Origin: Myxococcota bacterium
GTDB lineage: Bacteria; Myxococcota_A; UBA9160; UBA6930
NCBI GenBank assembly: GCA_965223415.1
Contig: OZ245002.1
Span: 1,376,001 to 1,440,000, forward strand
Direction of reading: 5' to 3'
DNA length: 64,000 bases
Shown here: positions 18,088-27,558 of the stretch, piece by piece
Layout of the letters: every line of letters begins with the position of its first letter
Numbering within the stretch: position 1 is the first letter of the stretch
Position numbers and translations under genes: made by a program
Notes under the pieces: model-generated
Database searches by the model: none
What the model was told of the DNA's origin: nothing
What the model saw: only the letters and a program-made list of their open reading frames with translations

Positions 18088-19460
18088 TGGCCCAAGAGAA
18101 GAGCGCCAAGCTGGCCGCCACCAGCGACCTGAGCCCCCTCGCGCGCCGGCTGCAATCGGCCTTCCTGCGCACCCTGGTGAGCCCGGGCACGCGCGCGCGC
18201 CGCCGCCGGATGGACGAGTGGCGTCGCCGGCTGCACAGCGGCCCTCGTGTGGTGCACTACTTCCACCAGGCCGACGATCCCTACAGCCAGCTCGCGGCTC
18301 AGCGCCTGGGCGCCCTCGCGGCGAGCTACGAGGTCGAGCTCTCGCCCCACCTGGTCGGGCCGAATCGCGGCGCCAACAACCCGGAGCCGGAGCTCCTCGC
18401 GGGCTTCGCCCGGCGCGACGCTGCTGCGGTGGCGCCCCACTACGGGCTGGCCTTCGACGACCCGGGCCAGCAGCCGCCGCCGGAAGCGGTGCAGCTGGCG
18501 GAGCGGCTGCTCGTCGCGGCGCTCGAGCGGGGCGACTTCGCCGAGCGGGCGGCGACGATCGGCGAGGCGCTCTGGTCCGGGGCCAAGGAGCGCCTCGAGC
18601 GACTCGCCGAGGAGCACCCGCCGGCATCGCCGGAGGCGACCGAGGCCGCCCGCTCGGAGGGCGACGCGCTCCGGGCGAAGCTGCGCCACTACTCCAGCGC
18701 CACCCTCCACTACGCGGGCGAGTGGTACTGGGGCGTCGATCGGCTCCCGCACCTCGAGACCCGCCTGGCCGAGCTGGGGGCGCGACGGGCTGGTGCCGAG
18801 CCGGTGATCACGCGGCCTCCGATCGACCCGGGTCCCATGCCCGACGACGGCCGTCTGACCCTCGAGTTCTTTCCGTCCCTGCGCAGCCCGTACACGGCGG
18901 TGATCTACGACAAGGCACTGGAGCTGGCGGAGCGAAGCGGGGTGCGCCTCCGGCTGCGGCCGGTGCTCCCCATGGTGATGCGCGGCGTGCCCGCGACCTT
19001 CGCCAAGGGCCTCTACATCTTCAGCGATGCGCTGCGGGAGGCGGAGGCCCTGGGCGTCCCCTTCGGCAACATGGTCGATCCGATCGGCCGGCCGGTGGAA
19101 CGCGCGTACTCGCTCTTCCCGTGGGCGCAGCAGCAGGGAAAGGGAGGAGCCCTGCTCTCCTCCTTCCTGCGCGGGGCCTTCGCCGAAGGCGTGAACACCA
19201 GCACCGATGCCGGCATGCGCGCCGTGGTCGAGAGCGCCGGCCTCTCCTGGGCGGCCGCTCAGCCCTACCTGGACAGCGACGACTGGCGCGACGAGCTCGA
19301 GGCCAACCGCCTCGCCATGTACGACGAGCTCGGCCTGTGGGGGGTCCCGTCCTTCCGCGTGAGCGGACCCGCCGGCGAGCCCGACTACGGAACCTGGGGC
19401 CAGGACCGCCTCTGGCTCGTGGCCGCGGAGATCCGGCGGCGCATCGCCCTCGCCCGTTGA
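18087..19460 (+). CDS. Tandem DsbA-like/2-hydroxychromene-2-carboxylate isomerase (kappa-GST-like) protein
   Basis: TGATG overlap with the upstream gene; two domains, HYFHQADDPYS...YWGVDRL and EFFPSLRSPYT...GVPSF...WGQDRL. Confidence 0.8.
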   Translation: MAQEKSAKLAATSDLSPLARRLQSAFLRTLVSPGTRARRRRMDEWRRRLHSGPRVVHYFHQADDPYSQLAAQRLGALAASYEVELSPHLVGPNRGANNPEPELLAGFARRDAAAVAPHYGLAFDDPGQQPPPEAVQLAERLLVAALERGDFAERAATIGEALWSGAKERLERLAEEHPPASPEATEAARSEGDALRAKLRHYSSATLHYAGEWYWGVDRLPHLETRLAELGARRAGAEPVITRPPIDPGPMPDDGRLTLEFFPSLRSPYTAVIYDKALELAERSGVRLRLRPVLPMVMRGVPATFAKGLYIFSDALREAEALGVPFGNMVDPIGRPVERAYSLFPWAQQQGKGGALLSSFLRGAFAEGVNTSTDAGMRAVVESAGLSWAAAQPYLDSDDWRDELEANRLAMYDELGLWGVPSFRVSGPAGEPDYGTWGQDRLWLVAAEIRRRIALAR

Positions 19461-19472
19461 CGCGGCCGGCGC

Positions 19473-19913
19473 TCAGCAGCAGCCGGCTCGCTCGGCCAGC
19501 TTCTCGGAGACGTCGGAGGGCTCCTCGCTCGGGGGCGTGGCGAAGAACGTCTCCGAGTCCTCGGAGATCCGATACCACTCCCAGCGCAGGCCGTCGGGCT
19601 CCTCGGCCCAGACCTTGTCCTGCTTGGCGTAGCAGCAGGTGGTCTCGTCTTCGACCAGGTGCTCCAGGCCGGCGGCCTTCAGGCGTTCCGTGGCGGCGGT
19701 GACGTCACCGCCCCCGAAGACCTCGACACCCAGGTGGTTGATCCGCTGCTCGGCGTCCGGAGCCTCGAAGAGCACGAGCTTCAACGGCGGCTCGTCGATG
19801 GCGAAGTTCGCATAGCCGGGCTTCCGCTTGTGGACCTCGGCGCCGAACATCTTGCCGTAGAAGTCGATCGCCGCGTCCAGGTCCTTCACGTTGAGAGCGA
19901 GCTGGAGTCTCAT
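19473..19913 (-). CDS. arsI: ArsI/CadI family VOC metalloenzyme (organoarsenical C-As lyase-like)
   Basis: MRLQLALNV, GYANFAIDEPPLKLVL, NHLGVEV, TTCCYAKQDKVW vicinal Cys pair and C-terminal CC. Confidence 0.85.
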   Translation of the reverse strand: MRLQLALNVKDLDAAIDFYGKMFGAEVHKRKPGYANFAIDEPPLKLVLFEAPDAEQRINHLGVEVFGGGDVTAATERLKAAGLEHLVEDETTCCYAKQDKVWAEEPDGLRWEWYRISEDSETFFATPPSEEPSDVSEKLAERAGCC

Positions 19914-19922
19914 GGCTCCCCC

Positions 19923-19956
19923 TTTCGATATTTCCATTATCGTGGAAATATCGAAA
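19923..19956. promoter_or_regulatory. ArsR-type operator upstream of arsI
   Basis: Perfect 14-bp IR TTTCGATATTTCCA-N6-TGGAAATATCGAAA. Confidence 0.7.
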
Positions 19957-19959
19957 CTG

Positions 19960-20244
19960 TCAACCCCGACAGCAGTTCTCCGTGAGGAATCCCAGAACCC
20001 CGTTCAGGGTCGGGAAGTTGGGGGCGTAGACGAGCGAGCGGCCCTCGCGGCGGGAGCTCACCAGGTCCGCGTGGAGCAGGGCCTTCAGATGGAAGGATAG
20101 GGTGGGGGCAGGAACCCCCAATTCGTCGGCGATGTCTCCGGCCGGGAGGCCCTCGGGGCCCGCCTCCACCAGCAGCCGGAACGCGTCGAGGCGGGTCTCC
20201 TGGGCCAGGGCGCCGAGGACCTGGACGACTTCCTTGGTTTCCAT
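19960..20244 (-). CDS. arsR: ArsR/SmtB family repressor
   Basis: ALAQETRLDAFRLLV.AGPEG..AG.IA, TLSFHLK.L..A.LV, RREGRS and C-terminal ENCC metalloid site. Confidence 0.9.
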   Translation of the reverse strand: METKEVVQVLGALAQETRLDAFRLLVEAGPEGLPAGDIADELGVPAPTLSFHLKALLHADLVSSRREGRSLVYAPNFPTLNGVLGFLTENCCRG

Positions 20245-20246
20245 GC

Positions 20247-20262
20247 TTCCAGTCTAATGGAA
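20247..20262. promoter_or_regulatory. Second ArsR-type operator core upstream of arsR
   Basis: TTCCA-GTCTAA-TGGAA, same core and 6-nt spacer as the 19923-19956 site. Confidence 0.55.
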
Positions 20263-20295
20263 TCGTGCGGCCGTGGAGCACCTAGACTGAGGGCC

Positions 20296-20724
20296 ATGAA
20301 GCACCCCCTCCCCGTCCTGGCCCTGCTCGCCGGCCTGGCCTGCGCGAGCGTCCCGCCGGCCAGCAGCCCGGTCGACTGGGCCCGGGCCGCCGAGCCCTGG
20401 TCGGTCCTGATCGTCACGGTGGACCCGGACGGCGACGAGCGGGCGACGCGCATCTGGCTCGTGGCCCACGAGGGCGTTGGCGCCATTCGCACCGGCGAGA
20501 CGCGTTGGCGGGAGAACCTCGACCGGGACCCGCTGTGCCGGCTCCGCGTCGGCGGGGCGGAACATCGGCTGCGCGCCGAGCCGATCACGGATCCGGAGGA
20601 GCGTCACCGGATCGACGCGGCCTTCCGGGCCAAGTACGGCTGGCAGGACCGCATGCTGGGCGCCGATCGGGCCGGCAGCGACGACCCCTACTTCCAGCTG
20701 CGACCCGCCGGCGGGACCGACTGA
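20296..20724 (+). CDS. Putative lipoprotein, DUF2255/split-barrel-like
   Basis: LLAGLAC lipobox-like; TRIWLV, W..NL..DP and IDAAFRAKYG. Confidence 0.6.
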   Translation: MKHPLPVLALLAGLACASVPPASSPVDWARAAEPWSVLIVTVDPDGDERATRIWLVAHEGVGAIRTGETRWRENLDRDPLCRLRVGGAEHRLRAEPITDPEERHRIDAAFRAKYGWQDRMLGADRAGSDDPYFQLRPAGGTD

Positions 20725-21030
20725 GCGCACTGCGCGCCCCCGCGCCGGGCCCAGCGGGCCGGATCGCATAGGTCACTCCCCCCACCCGAACGTGTCGCCG
20801 GCATCGAACGGACGTTCTGCCGCGAAACGTGCCCGTGCGGGCACAGGAGCCTGTCCCCGGGGAACGGAGCGAAGCCACCTCCGTCGGTGGGCTGCTTGCG
20901 TTCCCGTGGCGAGGCCCTAGCGTATTACGGGTCAGAGGCCCCCTTTCGAAGCGATCCAAGGCCCACGGGTTTCCCAGGTCCGTGCATCTCTCGATCGAGC
21001 CTCCCTCACGAACCTGAAATCGGAGACCGA

Positions 21031-21318
21031 ATGAGCAAGAAGCTCTACGTGGGCAACCTGCCCTTCCGCACCAACGACGACGAGCTGCGAGACGTGTTCT
21101 CGGTACACGGCAGCGTGCTTTCCGCTCGCGTCATCACCGACCGGGAGACCGGCCGTTCGCGAGGCTTCGGCTTCGTCGAGTTCGAGAACGGCGAAGATGC
21201 CGACAAGGCCATGCAGGCCCTGGACGGCAGCGACATGGGCGGTCGCCCGCTGCGCGTCAACGAGGCGCAGGATCGCCGCGGTGGCGGCGGTGGCGGAGGC
21301 GGAGGTCGGCGCTTCTAG
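21031..21318 (+). CDS. RRM RNA-binding protein with Gly-rich tail
   Basis: RNP2 LYVGNL and RNP1 RGFGFVEF; GGAG RBS. Confidence 0.95.
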   Translation: MSKKLYVGNLPFRTNDDELRDVFSVHGSVLSARVITDRETGRSRGFGFVEFENGEDADKAMQALDGSDMGGRPLRVNEAQDRRGGGGGGGGGRRF

Positions 21319-22973
21319 CGCGGGCTCCCCACGCTCATCAGGATCTCGAGGCGGACCCGCTCCGGCGGCTCCTCCTCGTCCTGCTCGCGGGCCCGGCGCG
21401 CTTCTTCGGCGCGTCGGGCCCGCTCCCGTTCGGCGCGGCGCCGCTTCACGGCGTGAAAGCCGCGACCGAGCTGCTCGCGCACGGGCCGGGTGCCGTGGTA
21501 GGCGAAGAGATCGGTGCGCCCGTCGCCGTCCGCGTCGACCAGGTCGTAGGAGAGGGTCGACTCGAAGGGCACCACCAGATCCGGTGACCCGGAGTAACGG
21601 GCCTCTTCGTTCCCCCAGAAGATGCGCAGCTCGTCGGCACCGTCGTCGGCGGCCAGGTCGGCGTAGCCATCGCCGTTGAAATCGGCACCGAAGTCGAGGA
21701 GCGGCGCGATGCGGCCGGTGGGTCGGGCCTGGTTGCCGAACACGAGCTTCAGGATGTCGAGCTGGTAGTCGAGGACCACCCGCCGGTCGACGCGGGCGAA
21801 GGGCTTGCCCTCCGGCTGGGCGTAGCGTCCGTCTTCGCCCATCAGGAAGAGGCGCAGCTGCCAGCGCAGGGCGTTCTGGGTGATCACCTTCACGGCCTGG
21901 GACGGCGCGAAGTGGAAGAACGGGATCACCAGATCCCGCAGGCCGTCCCCGTCCAGGTCGACGACGTCGAAGTCCGGGGTCACGCTCTCCGAGCGGACTT
22001 TCTGGTCCGGCTCCTCCGGGTGGCTGCCGTCGGGGCGGGAGAAGAAGATCGCCCGATCCATCCGGGTGCGCTCCTCCGAGCTGCCCCACTTCGTGAGGAT
22101 CAGGTCCGCCTGCCCGTCGCCGTCGAGCTGCGCGAAGCTCACCACCTCGCCGGTGAACTGGGAATCGAGCTCGCTCTCCAGGAGGGCGCTGCGCTCGATC
22201 ACCCGCGAGGGCTTGCTGGGCAGTGTGCCGCCCTCTCCCTGGAGGAAGACGCGGATGACGTTGTCGAGCTGGGTCACCACGTCGAGACGTCCGTCGCCGT
22301 TCCAGTCGTAGGCGTGGAGGTCCGGCGTGTTGAGCTCGCTGGTGACGCGGCTCTGGAATCCGGAGCGGAGGGCCGCGTTCACGTCGGCGCCGCGGCTGGC
22401 GAGCCGGTAAAGGACGACGGCGGGGCTCTCGAAGCGCTGGGTGCTGCCGTCGGGGCGGACCCAGGTGGGGCCGTCCGGGCCGGGCAGCAGGAGCTCCTCG
22501 GTTCCGTCGCCGTCGAGATCGAAGAGCAGGTCGATCGGCCGGGGGATGTCCGCGTCGGTTCCTGCGAAGACGCCGGCACTGCCGGCCAGCGGCTCGCGGG
22601 GGCCGAGGCTCTCGGAGGCGAGCGAGGCCCATTCGACGCCGCGGTCGGTCACCACCACGAGCTCGGCGCCTGGCGCCGGCGCCACGTTCCCCACGTCGAA
22701 GGCTCGCACCTCCTCGGGGAGGTCGACGACGTCGCAGCCCGCGAAGCGCCGATCGGCCTGCTGGCGGCAGACGGCCAACCGGTAGTCGAAGCGGTCCCCG
22801 GCGGCGGCGTGCACCACCAGCACGTCGAGACGCCCGTCCCTGTCCATATCGGCGAGGAGCTGGTCCTCGATCTTGCCGGGGAACTCGACCTTCGAGCGAA
22901 CGAAGGGGCCGTCGTCTGCGGCGGCGGCGGGCAGCGCGAGGAGAAGGCACGCGAGGGCGCACGCGAGCCTCAC
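21315..22973 (-). CDS. Secreted FG-GAP/VCBS repeat protein
   Basis: Signal peptide; repeated DxDxDG motifs (DMDRDGRLD, DLDGDG, DWNGDGRLD, DLDGDGLRDL, DFNGDGYADL, DADGDGRTDL); GTGA overlap. Confidence 0.82.
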   Translation of the reverse strand: MRLACALACLLLALPAAAADDGPFVRSKVEFPGKIEDQLLADMDRDGRLDVLVVHAAAGDRFDYRLAVCRQQADRRFAGCDVVDLPEEVRAFDVGNVAPAPGAELVVVTDRGVEWASLASESLGPREPLAGSAGVFAGTDADIPRPIDLLFDLDGDGTEELLLPGPDGPTWVRPDGSTQRFESPAVVLYRLASRGADVNAALRSGFQSRVTSELNTPDLHAYDWNGDGRLDVVTQLDNVIRVFLQGEGGTLPSKPSRVIERSALLESELDSQFTGEVVSFAQLDGDGQADLILTKWGSSEERTRMDRAIFFSRPDGSHPEEPDQKVRSESVTPDFDVVDLDGDGLRDLVIPFFHFAPSQAVKVITQNALRWQLRLFLMGEDGRYAQPEGKPFARVDRRVVLDYQLDILKLVFGNQARPTGRIAPLLDFGADFNGDGYADLAADDGADELRIFWGNEEARYSGSPDLVVPFESTLSYDLVDADGDGRTDLFAYHGTRPVREQLGRGFHAVKRRRAERERARRAEEARRAREQDEEEPPERVRLEILMSVGSPR

Positions 22974-23845
22974 AGGGTGAAGTCCCGCTTTCGCACGCCG
23001 AACGCAGATACGCCGACGAACAGCACGAGATAGCCCGCGCACACAGCCACCATGCGCTGGATGGGCGCGACCCACCAGCTCTCGATCGGAATGCCGGTCA
23101 TCAGATCGTCCAGCACGCCGAGGGGGACGAGGGGCTGGTTGGGAAGCCCGAGGGTGCTGAAGGGAACCGTCAGCGGCTCCCCGCCGGTCGGCAGGCTCAG
23201 CCCCAGCGTGGTCGGAACGATCGAGAGGGTCTCGAGCAGGGAGTAGAGCAGGAGCCCGACGATGATGGCGCCGCCCATCGTGCTCGAGAAGGTGGAGACC
23301 GCCACTCCCATGGCCGCCACGCTCGCGAGGGCGAAGAGCAGGAAGAGCGTGCCGATGGCGAGCTGGCTCACGACGTAGCCGCTCTGGAAGATCACGTACT
23401 CGTTCTCGGTGAGGTCACCGAGGCCGTAGTAGGCCGCGCCTCCCCCGAGCGCCACCGTCCACAGCAGCAGCACGGTGAGCGCGACCATGCCCAGGGCCGT
23501 CACGTACTTCGAGCAGAGCAGCTCCATCCGGGTCACCGGGCGCGTGAGGATGCACTTCACCGTGGAGTTGGAGACGTCGATGGCGAAGAGGATGCAGACC
23601 AGCACGTAGACGATGGGCGTCGAGACGTCGACGAGGCGGTTCATCACCGAGAGGGCGAAGGCCCAGCCCGAATCGGAGGTGACGTTGGCGGCCTGCTCGA
23701 TGCGGCGGAAGAGCATGGCCCCGCCAACGGCGAAAATCGCGATGGCCCCGTAACCGGCGGCTACCACCCAGTAGCGGCAGAGCTTGGTGGCATCGGCGCG
23801 CACCAGGCGCGCCACGCTGCGCAGGAAGTCGAGGGGGCCCGTCAT
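22970..23845 (-). CDS. ABC-2 type transporter permease
   Basis: About 6 TM helices; TVKCILTRPVTRMELLCSKY; ATGA overlap with the ATPase. Confidence 0.82.
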   Translation of the reverse strand: MTGPLDFLRSVARLVRADATKLCRYWVVAAGYGAIAIFAVGGAMLFRRIEQAANVTSDSGWAFALSVMNRLVDVSTPIVYVLVCILFAIDVSNSTVKCILTRPVTRMELLCSKYVTALGMVALTVLLLWTVALGGGAAYYGLGDLTENEYVIFQSGYVVSQLAIGTLFLLFALASVAAMGVAVSTFSSTMGGAIIVGLLLYSLLETLSIVPTTLGLSLPTGGEPLTVPFSTLGLPNQPLVPLGVLDDLMTGIPIESWWVAPIQRMVAVCAGYLVLFVGVSAFGVRKRDFTL

Positions 23846-24777
23846 TGGATGTCCGACGCGCCCCCCGTCAGCTCCACGAACACCTGCTCGAGGCTTCGCC
23901 GACGGCTGCGGAGCCCCTGCACGGCCACGCCTTCCTCCACGAGCGCCCGGTTCACCTGGGCGGCCTCGACGCCACCGTCCACGACCAGCTCCAGGTGGCC
24001 CTGGCGGATGCGCTGGGCCGCAAGACCGAAGCGACGGCCCACCACCTCCACCGCCGCGTCGTCGGCCCCGGGCGCCACCGCCAGCTCGATCACGCCGTCG
24101 TCGGCGCCGAGCAGCTCGTCGAGAGAGCCCTCCCGAAGCATGCGTCCCCGGGAGAGCACCGCCACCCGATCGCAGATGCGCTCCATCTCGCCGAGGAGAT
24201 GGCTGGAGAGGAACACCGTCGTGTGTCCCTCGTCGCGGATGCCGCGCAGGAGCGAGCGCATCTCCCGGGTGCCCTGGGGATCGAGGCCGTTGGTCGGCTC
24301 GTCCAGGACCAGCAGGCGCGGCTCCTCCAGGAGCGCGAGCGCGATGCCGAGCCGCTGGCGCATGCCCTGGGAGAAGCCCGAGACCTTCTGCTCGGCTCGC
24401 CGGCCGAGCCCGACCCGATCGAGCACCGCCTCGATGCGCTGGGGCGTCACCCCGCCGGAGATCCGCCCGAACAGCTGCAGGTTCTTCCGCGCCGTCAGGA
24501 ACGGGTAGAAGGCCGGCCCCTCGACCATGGCGCCGACACAGCGGATCGCGCGCTTGAAGTCCCGCCGCACGTCGTGGCCGAAGATCCGGACCGAGCCGGA
24601 GCTCGGCGCGATCAGCCCGAGCAGCATGCGAATCGTGGTGGTCTTGCCGGCACCGTTCGGCCCGAGGAAGCCATAGACCTTCCCTTCCTCGACGGTGAGG
24701 CTCAGGTCCTCGACCGCAGCCAACGCCCCGAAGCGCTTGCACAGGCCCAGGGCTTCGACCGGCGGGGCGGGACTCAT
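23842..24777 (-). CDS. ABC transporter ATP-binding protein
   Basis: GPNGAGKTT, FSQGMRQRL, LVLDEPTNGLD and SSH. Confidence 0.93.
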   Translation of the reverse strand: MSPAPPVEALGLCKRFGALAAVEDLSLTVEEGKVYGFLGPNGAGKTTTIRMLLGLIAPSSGSVRIFGHDVRRDFKRAIRCVGAMVEGPAFYPFLTARKNLQLFGRISGGVTPQRIEAVLDRVGLGRRAEQKVSGFSQGMRQRLGIALALLEEPRLLVLDEPTNGLDPQGTREMRSLLRGIRDEGHTTVFLSSHLLGEMERICDRVAVLSRGRMLREGSLDELLGADDGVIELAVAPGADDAAVEVVGRRFGLAAQRIRQGHLELVVDGGVEAAQVNRALVEEGVAVQGLRSRRRSLEQVFVELTGGASDIQ

Positions 24778-24864
24778 CGGGGCGAGCTTAGCGGGCGTGG
24801 CGCCTGGACCCGAGACCGGCCCAGCCGAGCTAGCTTCCCGTGGCCTCGAGAACGGAGGAGCATC

Positions 24865-25419
24865 ATGCAACTTCGCTGGTCCCATGCGGTCGTGAAAGTC
24901 CGCGACCTCGACCTGATGGTCGACTTCTACTCCCGGGTGCTGGGCTTCGAGGTCGCCGATCGCGGCGATCTGGCGCCCGGCGGCCCCGCCATCGTCTTCA
25001 TGAGCCAGGTCGAGACCGACCACCACCAGATCGCCTTCCTGCCGGCCGGCCGCGGCGACGACCCGCCGAACTCCCTGGACCACATGGCGTTCCGGGTGGG
25101 CGGGCTCGACGACGTCCGGGAGATGAAGGAACGGGTCGAGAAGGACGGACGCGCCGCGCGGCCGCCGGGCCCCGTCACCCACGGCAACGCCTGGTCGGTC
25201 TACTTCCAGGATCCGGAGGGCAACGGGATCGAGGTCTTCTGCGACACCCCGTGGCACGTCGCCCAACCCCAGCTCTCGCCCTGGGATCCGAGCCAGACGA
25301 ACGAGGAGGTGATGCGAGCCACCGAAGCAGCCTTCTCGGACAGGGCCGAGTTCCGGCCGTTCGGCGACTATGTCGCGGAGCGGGCCGCACACTTCGCGAA
25401 GCGCGAAGGCAAGAGCTAG
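24865..25419 (+). CDS. VOC/glyoxalase family protein
   Basis: WSHAVVKV, DHHQIAF, LDHMAF and HGNAWSVYFQDPEGNGIEVF; GGAGG RBS. Confidence 0.88.
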   Translation: MQLRWSHAVVKVRDLDLMVDFYSRVLGFEVADRGDLAPGGPAIVFMSQVETDHHQIAFLPAGRGDDPPNSLDHMAFRVGGLDDVREMKERVEKDGRAARPPGPVTHGNAWSVYFQDPEGNGIEVFCDTPWHVAQPQLSPWDPSQTNEEVMRATEAAFSDRAEFRPFGDYVAERAAHFAKREGKS

Positions 25420-25432
25420 GAGCCCGACCGGG

Positions 25433-26674
25433 CTACGCGGCTTCCCGGAGCTCGAGCCGCCGGCGTCCGCGGATCACGAAGGAGGACAGGAACTCCCGCT
25501 CGGGCGCCGCACGGGCGAGCCTCGGCAGCTCGGGCACCAGCGCCTCGAGGGCGACGCGGGCTTCGAGGCGGGCCAAGGACGCGCCCAGGCAGAAGTGGTT
25601 GCCGAAGCCGAAGGCGAGATGCCCTCGGGTGTCGCGATCGATGTCGAAGCGATCCGGTTCCGGGAAGCGGCGCTCGTCGCGGTTGGCGGAGCCGATGGCG
25701 ATGAGCAGATCCCCCTCGGCGGGGATCTTCACGCCGGCGATCTCGGTGTCCTCGCGGACGACGCGACGCAGGCGCTGGACGGGGCTGTCGTAGCGGAGCG
25801 CCTCCTCGACCAGCGCCGGGACCAGCGAGAGATCCGCCGCCACCCGCGCGAGCTGGTCGGGATGCTCCAGCAGCGCGTCGACCGTGTTGCCGAGCAGGTT
25901 CGTCGTCGTCTCGTTCCCGGCGACCAGGAGCAGCAGGATGAACATGGCGATCTCGAACTCGGTCAGGCCCAGCTCGCCCTCCGAAGCCGCTGCGATCACG
26001 CTGATGAGGTCGTCGGCCGGGTGCCTGCGGCGCTGGCGGATGATCGGGCGCATGTAGCGCACCAGCTCGAACATCACCTCGAAGCTCGCGGTGGTGCCGG
26101 CGCCGTCGGGGCCCGTGTTGTCCTCGACCAGCTCGTCGCTCCAGCGCTTGAAGAGGTGGCGGTCCTCGGCGGGGATGCCGAGCAGCTCGGAGATGACCGT
26201 CACGGGAAGGGGAATGGCCAGCTCGCTGACCAGATCGAAGCGCTCGAGGCCACGCATCTGCGCCATCGACTTCTCGACCAGCTCCCGGATGCGGCCCTCC
26301 CAGCGGGCGATTCGGCGCGGGGTGAAGCCGCGGTTGACCAGGTTGCGCATCGGGCCGTGGGTCGGCGGATCGTCGAGGATCAGCATGCGGAACTGGGCGA
26401 TGCGGAAGGGATTGAGGCGCAGGCCCACCGCGACCTTCCACAGCATGGAGACGCGGGTGCGGGCGCTCTCGCGGGCTGCCCGCATGCGGTTCGTGGCGCG
26501 GGTATCGGAGGAGAACAACTCCGGGTGCCGGAAGACGTACTGGACGTCTTCGTAGCGGGTGACGAGCCAGGTGTTCGAGCGCGCGTGGTGGAAGACGGGC
26601 GCCTCGTCGCGAAGACGCCGGTACATCGGATAGGGATCCCGCTGCCAGGCCTCGGAGAAGGGATCGAGCTCCAT
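25433..26674 (-). CDS. Cytochrome P450
   Basis: DPPTH..MR, AGNETT, EEALR and heme motif FGFGNHFCLG. Confidence 0.95.
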   Translation of the reverse strand: MELDPFSEAWQRDPYPMYRRLRDEAPVFHHARSNTWLVTRYEDVQYVFRHPELFSSDTRATNRMRAARESARTRVSMLWKVAVGLRLNPFRIAQFRMLILDDPPTHGPMRNLVNRGFTPRRIARWEGRIRELVEKSMAQMRGLERFDLVSELAIPLPVTVISELLGIPAEDRHLFKRWSDELVEDNTGPDGAGTTASFEVMFELVRYMRPIIRQRRRHPADDLISVIAAASEGELGLTEFEIAMFILLLLVAGNETTTNLLGNTVDALLEHPDQLARVAADLSLVPALVEEALRYDSPVQRLRRVVREDTEIAGVKIPAEGDLLIAIGSANRDERRFPEPDRFDIDRDTRGHLAFGFGNHFCLGASLARLEARVALEALVPELPRLARAAPEREFLSSFVIRGRRRLELREAA

Positions 26675-26684
26675 TGCGGAGAGG

Positions 26685-27518
26685 CTAGCGCGGGTCCAGC
26701 ACGGCGACCCCGTCCTGGATGGCCTCTTCGCCGTCGGCGTTGCGCACCCGGAAGGCGACGAGGCCCCCGCCCGCGGACGTGAGCTCGAGCTCGATGGTCG
26801 TGCCCGGGATGACCATCGCCCGGAAGCGGCCGCGCAGGCGCCGCAGCCGGCGGGGCTCGCCGCCGGCGTGGCGTGCGACGATCTCCCGGCCTGCGAGGGC
26901 CCAGGTGGCGGTCCCGTGCAGGATGATGTCCGGCAAGCCCGCCGCGAGGGCCACCACCCTCTCGGTGTGGATCGGGTTCCAGATGCGCGCGCACTCGGTG
27001 TAGACGTGGGGCATCTCGCGGGGGATCGGGATCGCGATCGTCTCGGGCGGTCCCGCCTCTCCGAGCCGTGGGAGGGGCGGCGGCTCCTCGCGGGTGCGCG
27101 GCTCGCCGTCCAGACCGACGCCCCGGTACATCGAATCGGACCAGGAGCTGACGAGGATGCGGCCCTGGTCGTCGTAGCTGTCGTAGCGGCAGGTGAGCAG
27201 CGTCCCGGCGCTCGTCGCCCGCATCGCCGTCACGCGGCCGGTGGTGCGCACCTTCGCCCCGGGCCGGATCGGCGCGTAGAAGACCGAGTCCTGGGTGGCG
27301 TGGACGCCTCGCAGCAGCTCCCCGGGCTCCGCCCCGAGCAGGGCGGCCAGCTCCGGATGACTCGCGACCGGCCACTCGAGCGACACGCAGAAGGGCGGCG
27401 GCGCCACCTCCCCCGAGCCCAGCGCCCCGATCCCCGCCCCGTAGGCGAGCACCCGCCGCACCGAGACCTCCTCGACCGAATCCGGAAGCCACGACCCGAC
27501 GGCAGAACAACGCAACAA
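26685..27518 (-). CDS. MaoC-type double hot-dog dehydratase
   Basis: LAYGAGIG, GVHATQD, WNPIHT..VALAAGLPDIILHGTAT and RFRAMVIPG; TTG start approximate. Confidence 0.8.
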   Translation of the reverse strand: MLRCSAVGSWLPDSVEEVSVRRVLAYGAGIGALGSGEVAPPPFCVSLEWPVASHPELAALLGAEPGELLRGVHATQDSVFYAPIRPGAKVRTTGRVTAMRATSAGTLLTCRYDSYDDQGRILVSSWSDSMYRGVGLDGEPRTREEPPPLPRLGEAGPPETIAIPIPREMPHVYTECARIWNPIHTERVVALAAGLPDIILHGTATWALAGREIVARHAGGEPRRLRRLRGRFRAMVIPGTTIELELTSAGGGLVAFRVRNADGEEAIQDGVAVLDPR

Positions 27519-27526
27519 ACGGAACC

Positions 27527-27558
27527 GGCCCCTAACGCAACGGGCCCCTAACGCAACG
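27527..27558. repeat. Exact 16-bp tandem duplication spanning the acyl-CoA ligase stop codon
   Basis: GGCCCCTAACGCAACG x2 (27527-27542, 27543-27558). Confidence 0.85.

Noticed and set aside
20725..21030. Possible structured leader or ncRNA upstream of the RRM gene
   Set aside because: Long intergenic region, but no recognisable riboswitch or strong structure could be supported.
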